The position numbers were made by a program, and so were the translations under genes. This document shows positions 38,974-47,500 of a DNA stretch of 64,000 nt, in pieces. The stretch comes from Minwuia sp. (GTDB taxonomy: Bacteria; Pseudomonadota; Alphaproteobacteria; Minwuiales; Minwuiaceae), in contig JARGNO010000005.1 in the NCBI GenBank assembly GCA_029213165.1, positions 42,418-106,417 on the forward strand, written 5' to 3'. The notes under the pieces were generated by a model that ran no database searches, was not told where the DNA came from, and worked only from the letters and a program-made list of their open reading frames with translations. The number at the start of each line of letters is the position of its first letter. Position 1 is the stretch's first letter.

Positions 38974-39702
38974 TCAATCCGTGTGGAAGGTCATGAAGCC
39001 GTCTACCGGCTCCCGCTCCGTCCGCAGGGTATTCTCCACCAGCGAGGTATCCTCGTAGCCGAGGGCAATGCCGCAGACCACGGTCTGATCGTCCGCAATG
39101 CCAAGCTGCTGCTTGATCACCGTGTGGTACGTCGGCCAGGCCGCCTGCGGGCAGGTATGCAAACCGTATTGTCGGGCAATGGTCATGATGTTCTGCAGGA
39201 ACATGCCGTAGTCGAGCCAGCTTCCGATCTCCAGCCGCTTGTCGATGGTGAACATCATGCCGACCGGCGCGTCGAAGAACAGGTAGTTGCGCCCTGACTG
39301 TTCGCGCATCTTCGCGGTATCACCCTTCGCGACCCCGGCCAGCTTGTAGAGGTCCAGCCCGACCTTGCGCCGCCTGCCCAGATAGGGCTCGAAGAAGGCA
39401 TCGGGGTAGTACTTGTATTCCTTCTCGTGCCCCTGGGGACTGTTGAAGTGCGCGTCCCTGACCGCATCACACAGCGCCTTCAATTTCGCGCCGACCACCA
39501 CGTGCCCCTGCCAGGGCTGCATGTTCGTCCCCGACGGTGCCCGCGCCGAGACCTCCAGGATGTGGCGCACCAGTCCCATCGGCACCGGATCAGGCAGGAA
39601 GCCGCGCACCGAGCGGCGGGAGACAAGCGCCTCCTCCGGTGTGTGCGAGACATCGGCGGACGGATGATCCGTCACGGCTTCAAAGGCATTGGCTACGTTC
39701 AT
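38974..39702 (-). CDS. Nitroreductase family protein (NfnB-like)
   Basis: SRRSVRGFLPDPV, RAPSGTNMQPW and FFDAPVG motifs. Confidence 0.92.
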   Translation of the reverse strand: MNVANAFEAVTDHPSADVSHTPEEALVSRRSVRGFLPDPVPMGLVRHILEVSARAPSGTNMQPWQGHVVVGAKLKALCDAVRDAHFNSPQGHEKEYKYYPDAFFEPYLGRRRKVGLDLYKLAGVAKGDTAKMREQSGRNYLFFDAPVGMMFTIDKRLEIGSWLDYGMFLQNIMTIARQYGLHTCPQAAWPTYHTVIKQQLGIADDQTVVCGIALGYEDTSLVENTLRTEREPVDGFMTFHTD

Positions 39703-40565
39703 TCTAGTCTTCCCTCCCCAGGGTCTTCGGCATCACTTGCCGGTACAGGCTGGCTGCGGACCATATGGGTCAGGACGGCGACCGGCAACACGATGATCAG
39801 CAGGTTCGTGATCGGGTAATGAACCAGGTCCGCCGCGGTCGTCCCTCCGATCACCTGCATGACAACCTCCCCGAAAGCAGCATCAACAAGCAGCAGCACC
39901 AGGAAGATGCGGAAGAAGCGGTTGCGGAAACTGCCAGAAGCACTGTCGAAGCCCTGCATCTGGCGCTTCCAGACCTCTCCCAAGCCAACGTCGTGATGCC
40001 GAAGGATGACCGCGATCAGTGCAAGGCGGGAAACACCGAACGCAAACGCGATCAAGTAAAGCAGTTGCATGACCATTTCGATGATCTGCCCCACCAACCG
40101 CGCGCTCTCCAGCTCCTGGGCATTATCTGTGCGTATGAACCCTTCGAGGATCAGTGTCACAAACAGGTGTCCCTTGAGCGTGGAGAGCAGCCACGTCAGC
40201 AATGTCGCGATCAGCAGACCGAACAAGCAAACGGCGAACAGGGCCCCGGCAACGCGCGGCCGGAACACCAGGTGCATGCTGGCTTCCTTGCCCGCACCCC
40301 GATCAGCCCCGATCGCCGCAATCTCGATCATAAGGAGCGTCAGCAGAAACCCGACGAAAATTGGCGGCATCCAACTCAACAGGACCCATACCAACAAGGG
40401 CAACGAAGGTCCGGTATCCGACGTTCGTTCTGCAAGCAGGCTCGCTCTCAGAGACTCGAAAGCCAGATCAGCACCAGTCCCGAACAAGGCAAACACCATG
40501 ACCGCGACCATGACGATGCGCGTAATCGCCAGCCCGCCTTTCAGGTCACGGATGAAGATGCTCAT
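39699..40565 (-). CDS. Hypothetical multi-pass membrane protein
   Basis: About 6 hydrophobic segments. 4-nt overlaps with both neighbours. Confidence 0.7.
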   Translation of the reverse strand: MSIFIRDLKGGLAITRIVMVAVMVFALFGTGADLAFESLRASLLAERTSDTGPSLPLLVWVLLSWMPPIFVGFLLTLLMIEIAAIGADRGAGKEASMHLVFRPRVAGALFAVCLFGLLIATLLTWLLSTLKGHLFVTLILEGFIRTDNAQELESARLVGQIIEMVMQLLYLIAFAFGVSRLALIAVILRHHDVGLGEVWKRQMQGFDSASGSFRNRFFRIFLVLLLVDAAFGEVVMQVIGGTTAADLVHYPITNLLIIVLPVAVLTHMVRSQPVPASDAEDPGEGRLE

Positions 40566-41350
40566 TCCGGTGGTGCAACTTCCGAACCCGCCTGCTGGCT
40601 CATCGCGCTGTCATACAGAACTGCGGCGGCGACGGAGATCGGCAGGGCGAGGCCGATGATCCAGTCGGCCAGTCCGCCCAGCAGCAGGCCCGGCGGGCCA
40701 CCGATGACCTTGCCGGCTGCAAAACTGATCAGGAATGACAGCCCCAGCAGGACTAGAAAGGCCCGGAACAGGCGCCAGCGCAGGCCCATGAACCGCTCCG
40801 CGTGGCGCTTTCGGGCCTCCGTGAAGTCGAGCTGCCAGGCGATGGAAATCACCGGCACCATGGCGAAGCGGGAAGCGGCGAAGGCGAGGACAGTCACCGT
40901 CCCGGCCACCATGAAGGCCACGCTGGTCGGGTTGGACAGCAACTGCTCCAGGAAGCCGCCGAACATCGCCTCCATCTCCTCTGCCGATTGCGCGGGTTCG
41001 GCAGGCAGGGGCGGCGCGGCGACCAGCAGGAAGACCAGCGAGAACGGCAGCAGGGTCACCATGAAGATGATGAAGATCAACAGCCCCGAAATCAGGGTCG
41101 TCAGCAGTTGCGGTGCCTTCGGTCGCCAGTCGATGGCCCGGAAGCTGGTCACACCCAGACAGACCTCCGTCGCCAGCATGATCAGCATGTAGGCGCCGAA
41201 CACGGTCACCACGAAGGGGCCAAGCATCAGATAGCCACCAAGCGCCAGCATGGTCTCCACCAACGCGCCGACAACGCAGATTCCAAGGAAGGCGGCAGGC
41301 GCGCGGGCCATCAGGCCAGCCCCGGCGGAGATATCGCGGATGACAGACAC
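40562..41350 (-). CDS. Hypothetical multi-pass membrane protein, apparent paralog of the adjacent gene
   Basis: About 6 hydrophobic segments. Shares SR[LF]A...E..KR...[FL]FR.FLVLL...VIGG with 39699-40565. Confidence 0.75.
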   Translation of the reverse strand: MSVIRDISAGAGLMARAPAAFLGICVVGALVETMLALGGYLMLGPFVVTVFGAYMLIMLATEVCLGVTSFRAIDWRPKAPQLLTTLISGLLIFIIFMVTLLPFSLVFLLVAAPPLPAEPAQSAEEMEAMFGGFLEQLLSNPTSVAFMVAGTVTVLAFAASRFAMVPVISIAWQLDFTEARKRHAERFMGLRWRLFRAFLVLLGLSFLISFAAGKVIGGPPGLLLGGLADWIIGLALPISVAAAVLYDSAMSQQAGSEVAPPE

Positions 41351-41490
41351 GTGGGAAATTCCGTTCAGACAGTGGCACAGGGTCGGCCAGCAGGTTGCAA
41401 CAGGGCCGGATTGTGGCCGAAGATCACGCGAGAGACAATCGGTGCCGGATCAACTCCGCACCATCAGATACTCCCGGGGGAGAGAGCAAT

Positions 41491-42531
41491 ATGCCGGATC
41501 AGGCACAACAGCAACGGCGGGAGGGATTCTATGACGAAATCCGCCCCCTCAACATGGCCCCGCTCTGGGAAGTGCTGCATGACCTGATCACCAGGGAACC
41601 GAAGAGCCGGGTCCGCCCTGCCCTCTGGCGCTATGACGAGATCCGGCCGCACATCATGGCCTCCGGCGACCTGATCACTGCGAAGGAGGCGGAGCGCCGT
41701 GTCCTGATCCTTGAGAACCCCGGCATGCCGGGTGAGGCGAAGATAACCACCTCCCTCTATGCCGGTCTGCAACTGATCATGCCAGGAGAGGTAGCACCCG
41801 CCCACCGCCATACCCAGTCGGCATTGCGCTTCGTGGTGGAGGGCAGCGGGGCCTATACGGCAGTGGATGGCGAGAAGGCGCTGATGCAGCCCGGCGATTT
41901 CGTCATAACACCAAGCTGGACCTGGCATGACCACGGCAATGACTCGTCAGAACCCATGGTCTGGCTCGACGGCCTCGACATCCCGATGATCACAATGTTC
42001 GACGCCAGCTTCGTGGAGAAGTGGGAGGAGGATCGCCAGCCCATCGCCCGGCCCGTGGGCGATTCACTGGCCCGCTACGGCCAGGGAATGCTGCCGGACG
42101 GCTATGAGGCGCCCACGCATACCTCGCCGGTGTTCAGCTATCCCTACAGCCGCACCCGCGACGCGCTGGAGACCATGCGGCGGACGGAGGAATGGGATCC
42201 GGCCCAGGGCCTGAAACTGCGCTACGTCAATCCGGTGAACGGCGACCACGCAATCCCGACCATGGCCACCTTCATGCAGTTGCTGCCAAAGGGTTTCGCT
42301 GGCATCCCCTACCGCGCCACCGACGCCATGGTGTTCTCGGTCGTCGAGGGCACGGGCAGCGTCACCATCGCCGATGAAACCTTCGAATTCAGCCCCCGTG
42401 ACCATTTCGTGGTGCCGTCCTGGGCCTGGTACAGCCTGAACGCGGAAACGGACGCCATCCTCTTCAGCTTCTCCGACCGCCCCGTCCAGGAAAAGCTCGA
42501 CCTCTGGCGGGAGCAGCGCGGGAACGGGTGA
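41491..42531 (+). CDS. gtdA: Gentisate 1,2-dioxygenase
   Basis: LILENPG, GEVAPAHRHTQSALRF, TPSWTWHDH and WLDGLDIP motifs of a bicupin. Confidence 0.93.
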   Translation: MPDQAQQQRREGFYDEIRPLNMAPLWEVLHDLITREPKSRVRPALWRYDEIRPHIMASGDLITAKEAERRVLILENPGMPGEAKITTSLYAGLQLIMPGEVAPAHRHTQSALRFVVEGSGAYTAVDGEKALMQPGDFVITPSWTWHDHGNDSSEPMVWLDGLDIPMITMFDASFVEKWEEDRQPIARPVGDSLARYGQGMLPDGYEAPTHTSPVFSYPYSRTRDALETMRRTEEWDPAQGLKLRYVNPVNGDHAIPTMATFMQLLPKGFAGIPYRATDAMVFSVVEGTGSVTIADETFEFSPRDHFVVPSWAWYSLNAETDAILFSFSDRPVQEKLDLWREQRGNG

Positions 42532-42540
42532 GGACGGTTC

Positions 42541-42735
42541 TCAGTAATTTGCCTTGAACGGCACCGTTCGACCCTGTGCCGCCGCATTATCAGCCAACTC
42601 TTGCAGAAGCGCCCGCTTGGACTCAGTACGGCGCGACCCATCATTGCGGCAGAGTTCGGGGTCAATGACGATCCCCAGCTCCAGCTTTCGCTTGGCAAGT
42701 TGCTCCTGATACACGTCAAAATCCATGGTCTGCAT
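42541..42735 (-). CDS. Small hypothetical protein (61-64 aa)
   Basis: Charged protein containing RNDGSRRTESKRALL. It overlaps the end of the upstream nucleotidyltransferase gene. Confidence 0.6.
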   Translation of the reverse strand: MQTMDFDVYQEQLAKRKLELGIVIDPELCRNDGSRRTESKRALLQELADNAAAQGRTVPFKANY

Positions 42736-43297
42736 TGTCTTCAGCCCACATTTTCACTGTCGCGAGACCAGCATCACCGCCAGTCTCGAACCTTATTCTC
42801 TGGTCCAGATAGTCTTCGTCCAAGCCAAGCACAAGTCTGTAGAGCAAAACTGCCTGAGTCACCATTCTCTGGTCTGGAACTCCTGTCGAGACCGCCTGAG
42901 CCACCCGATCTGCGATGAGGTCTTCAGGTGGTATGATCTTCAAGGACCGATCATGCCTGATATTGATAACCTTGATCCGTTTGCGATCAGCATTGCCATC
43001 CATCAATGCCCCGCTGACGACCTCGACCCCCAATCCCAGCCTCGGATGAACGACACCGCGTCTCGGCTTGCCCGGTCCAGTTGATCGATCAAATCCGACT
43101 GAAATCAGGGCCTCCTCGATTGGTTCGGCCTCGGGCGCCACCAAATCGAGATCACCCGAAATGATTCCTCCGGCCGTGTAGAATTCCACCGCTCCACCAC
43201 CCACCAGGATCGGCTCTACCTCGCCGTCCGAACGTACTTTCGCAACGGCTTCGGCAAGTAGCGATAGGGCTTCCTTGAAACTTTCATAATCAGCCAA
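42716..43297 (-). CDS. Putative nucleotidyltransferase (Pol-beta/AbiEii/DUF6036-like fold)
   Basis: LVGGGAVEFYTAGGIISGDLDLV matches a GG..A...S.D.D NTase motif. TTG start at 43297, 8 nt after AAGGA. The upstream part of the listed ORF is only overlap with the aminotransferase gene. Confidence 0.7.
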   Translation of the reverse strand: MADYESFKEALSLLAEAVAKVRSDGEVEPILVGGGAVEFYTAGGIISGDLDLVAPEAEPIEEALISVGFDRSTGPGKPRRGVVHPRLGLGVEVVSGALMDGNADRKRIKVINIRHDRSLKIIPPEDLIADRVAQAVSTGVPDQRMVTQAVLLYRLVLGLDEDYLDQRIRFETGGDAGLATVKMWAEDNADHGF

Positions 43298-43326
43298 GAA
43301 ACAATTCCTTCGCTCAAGAGGCGGAA

Positions 43327-44493
43327 TTACCCCTTCGCCACCCAGTCCCCCAGCTTCGCTACTGCTGCGTCGAGGATGCTGTCCTGCTTGGAGAAGCAGA
43401 AGCGGACGAAGTTGGTGCGGGCGCCGTCCGAGGCGTAGAAAGCGCTGACCGGGACGGTGGTGACACCGGCGTTCAGGGTGATCTCCCGGCAAAAATCCAC
43501 GTCGCTGCCCTCGAAGCCGACCGAGCGGATGTCGGCGTTGAGGAAATAGGTGCCCTGACAGATGGCGGCTTCGAAGCCGATAGCGGTGAGACCGTCACGG
43601 ATGCGGTCACGCTTGGCCTGCATGTCGGCGGTCAGCCCGGTGAAGTAGCTGTCGTCCTTGGCCAGCCCGAAGGCTACGGCGCGCTGCAGGTTCGGCGCGG
43701 TTGTGAAGGTCAGGAACTGATGCGCCTTGGCGACACGCTGGAGCAGCGCCTGACAGGCGGTCATGTAGCCCACCTTCCACCCGGTCAGGGAGAAGGTCTT
43801 GCCAGCCGAGCCGATCTTGATGCAACGGTCCCGCATCCCCTCCAGACTGATCAGCGGTGTATGCGCCAGCCCGTCGAACAGGATGTGCTCATAGACCTCA
43901 TCACAGACCGCGTCGGTGTCATGTTCCTGCACCAGGTCTGCGATGGTCTGCAGTTCGGCGCGGCTGAAGGCCTTGGCTGCCGGGTTCAGGGGATTGTTCA
44001 GCAGGATGAACTTGGTCTTCGGCCCGAAGGCGGCGCGCAGCCGGTCCTCCGGCAGGGTCCAGTCGGGTGGGTCGAGCCGCACCAGCTTCGGGATGCCACC
44101 GGCGCGACGGATCATGGGCAGGTAGCAGTCGTAGAGCGGTTCGAAGCAGACAACCTCGTCCCCCGGCTCGATCAGCGCCAGAAAGCAGGCGGCGAGCGAC
44201 TCCGTGGCGCCGGAGGTGACCATGGTCTCCGTCTGCCAGTCGACATCCAGCCCGTAGAACCGCTTGCCGTGCGCGGCCACGGCCTGCCGCAGGTCCGGCA
44301 CGCCAAGCATCGGTGGATACTGGTTCGGCTGATCCTCCAGTGCCGTGGCGGCGACCGCGCGAACATCTTCCGGCCCGTTGTCGTCCGGAAAACCCTGACC
44401 CAGGTTGATCGAACCATGTTCCATGGCCAGTCGGCTCATGACCTCGAAAACCGTCACGCCATATTCGGCCAGTATCCCGTTGCCATCCTTCAT
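43327..44493 (-). CDS. Class I/II PLP aminotransferase (YbdL/kynurenine aminotransferase-like)
   Basis: INLGQGFPD, VTSGATE, CDEVYEH and SAGKTFSLTGWKVG motifs. Confidence 0.93.
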   Translation of the reverse strand: MKDGNGILAEYGVTVFEVMSRLAMEHGSINLGQGFPDDNGPEDVRAVAATALEDQPNQYPPMLGVPDLRQAVAAHGKRFYGLDVDWQTETMVTSGATESLAACFLALIEPGDEVVCFEPLYDCYLPMIRRAGGIPKLVRLDPPDWTLPEDRLRAAFGPKTKFILLNNPLNPAAKAFSRAELQTIADLVQEHDTDAVCDEVYEHILFDGLAHTPLISLEGMRDRCIKIGSAGKTFSLTGWKVGYMTACQALLQRVAKAHQFLTFTTAPNLQRAVAFGLAKDDSYFTGLTADMQAKRDRIRDGLTAIGFEAAICQGTYFLNADIRSVGFEGSDVDFCREITLNAGVTTVPVSAFYASDGARTNFVRFCFSKQDSILDAAVAKLGDWVAKG

Positions 44494-44564
44494 GGCGTGC
44501 TCCCCCCGCTGTTCGCTGCGATGCATGCCAGACAGAGGCAGCCGCAATCAAGTGGCCTGACCGG

Positions 44565-47500
44565 TCAGGATGCGCGCTGCAGCATCCGCTTGCCGGCCGG
44601 TTCCCGGTCCAGCGCCTCGCAGAGCAGCAGGTAGAGCTTGCCCACGTCGGCGCTCAGGAACACGGCACTCAGCATCCCCTGCTGGTCGGCCCGTTCCACG
44701 TTCAGCATCAGCGATTCAAACTCGTTGAGATACAAGTCCACGAAACGGCGGAAATCATCGCCGTCCCGATAGAGCGCGGCGATCTGCTTCGCCTCACTGC
44801 GCGCCACCAGACGCCGGGCGAAGAAGCCACGGTCGCCGCGATAGAACTTGCGCCATTCGGACTCGCTTGCATCCCGGTTCAACAAGCGGTGCAGGTCGAG
44901 CGAGAGGGAATTCAACCCCTCTGCCACGAAAGCGGCGGATTGCAGGAACCGCTTGTCGCGATTGTCCGCCGTCCGGTCGCGCAATTCGACAGCCGCCTTC
45001 GCAGCGCCCTTCGATGCCTTCTGCAACTGGCCCACCTGAAGCTCGAACGCCTTCGCCGCCATGCCGGACTGCATGGTCGCTGCCTTGGAAGTGGAAGCCA
45101 TCGCACCCACCTGCGCACTCAGCACCCGTTCCGCGTCGGCAAGCGCCTTCTGTGCTTCGGCCATTGCCGCCTCACAGGCCTTGCGCTGCCGTTCAAGCGC
45201 CGTAGTGGAGGATGTCGCCGCCGCATCCGCATCCATGGCGTCCGCGCGCGCGGTGGCCAGAGCCGCCTGCAATCCGGCCACGGCATCCACTACTGTCTGC
45301 GCCGCCTCCTCACCCTTGCCGCCTGCATCAAGCAGCGACCGGCCAAGGGCTGTCGCCTCCCCCTGCAAACGCGTGGCGGCGGCACTCGCCCCCTGCTCCA
45401 CCGCTGTCGTCTCGTCCTGCAAGCGGCCCAGAGCTTCGCTCAACCCCTTCTCCGCCTGCTCCGTGCCATCCTCCAGACGACTGAAGACCATGCCCATGTC
45501 CTGCTCCAGCGCGACCGAACCGGCCTGCAAGCGGGCCATGGCTTCCGAGATGCCCTGTTCCATCCCGACGGCATGTTCACGCGCGGCAGCCGTCATGCTG
45601 TCGAACTGCTGCTGGTGACCGGTCAGGTCCGTGGAGACATCGCGCGCGGCCTGTCGGGCACTGTCACCGGCGTGTGACAGGGCGTCGATGCGCGCCGCCA
45701 GCAGGGCGTCGATATCCGCACCCGTTGCCTTCAGATCAGCGGACATCTGTTGCACCAGCGACACCCGCGCGCCAAGGGCATCGACAATCTCTTCCGCCTC
45801 CGCCCGCGCCCTGCTCTCGGCCTCCGAGAAGCGCTGGGTCTCCTGGCGGGCATTGGCCAGCGCCGTCGCCAGACGGGCCGCACCACCAGCCGCGGCCTCG
45901 ACCAGGCTGCGGGTCTGATCGGTCAGTTGCGCGCTTTCCTGTGCAAGATTGCGGGCCTGTGACAGACTTTCGTCTGCGGCGGCGCCGATGCGGTTCCGGG
46001 ATTCCTCCGCCACGCTGGCAAGCCGCCCAGCAGCCAGTTCCATGTCCCCGGTACGGCCAAGGCCGGCATCGATCGCGGAGACCGCTTCACCGATCGCCGT
46101 TGTTGCGGCCCGTGCCGCGGCCGTGCTGCGCCCGCTGGCATCCTCGATCCGCTGGCCAGACTGGCTCATGCGGCTCTCACTCTCATCGACACGACTGGCG
46201 AGAGCGCTGATGTGGGTCGCCAGCGCCTCCGCCTGTGCGAGTGTCTCACTGCCGATACGGGAACCGAGCGCACCAAGGGATTCGGCACGCAACTCGATCT
46301 CGCCCGCCGCACCGATGACCCGTGTGGTGACAGCGTCCGCAGCGGTATCCAGACCCTTCACGCGAATATCCAGGTCATGGGTCAGCGCGGCCAGGCGGTC
46401 GCGCACCTGCTCCGCCTCCACCAGCATGGCACCGCTTCCCGCCTCCAGCGATTCCGCCATCATCCGTGCCAGTTCACTGGCATCGTGAACACGTGTCGCC
46501 ATGCGGTCGAGAGATGGCGAAATCGCAGTATCCGCGGCGCCGACACTGTCCTTCAGCGACTGGATCAGATCGCCGATGCGGTGACCGTCATCCGCCAGAG
46601 CGCCAATCGCGGCATTGAAGCTGTCCAGCAGGGCCTGATTGCGTGCGGAGACTGCCTCCGTGCTGCCCTTCAGGGTATCGCCTGTGCGCAGCGCAATACT
46701 GCCAAGGGAGCGTACCTCCGACACCATGCGGCTGGCGCCATCGTTGATCTCGGCCAGGACAGTGTCGAGACCGGACCGGACATCACTGATCGAGATTTCC
46801 GCCTGTCCGGCGGCTGCGCCCAGATCGCCCACCATCAGTGCAATCTCGGCTGTCTTCTCCGCCATCCGTGCCGCAGCACCATCGGCGGCCTGTGCCGCCT
46901 CTGCGAGCCGCTGATCGACATGGGCGATGGAGACATCGATGCGGCTGGCCACCTCACCGCCGACAGTCTCGACACGGGTTGCCTGCTGCGCCAATGCTGC
47001 CGTGGTCAGGCGCGTGCTGGCCATCGCATCCTCCAGCGAGCCGGCCAGTCCTTCAAGCCGGGCACGCACGTCGCTGTCAGCCTCAAGCGATACCTCTGAA
47101 AGACGCGCCACGAACGACGACAGCGTTGCGGTCCGATCCGCCATCAGATCGGAAATACTGTCGAGATGCAGCGCGGCATCGCCGGTCTGATTGTCCAGCC
47201 GGACAGTGGCTGTACCCAGCGCACTGACACCAGCCTCCAGCCCTTCGACGGCACCCCGTGCTCGTTGCTCCACTTCAGCGACCCGCACGCCTGTATCCGC
47301 GACAGTGCGCTCGATATCCCGCAGCAGCAGCGTCAGTTCGGCGATACGCTCATCCACCTGACTGGTGGTCTCCGCCGTCGCCGTATTGGCATTGGCCACA
47401 GAGGTGCTGATGCGATCCGTGCGGGTGCCCATCTCGTCCAGCAGTTCCCGCACCACCACCGTCGCGCGCCCGACTGTCAGACTGGCATCCCCGGCCATTT

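Noticed and set aside
42532-43326. Mobile-element boundaries around the low-GC islet
   Set aside because: I saw no terminal inverted or direct repeats, tRNA, integrase or transposase.
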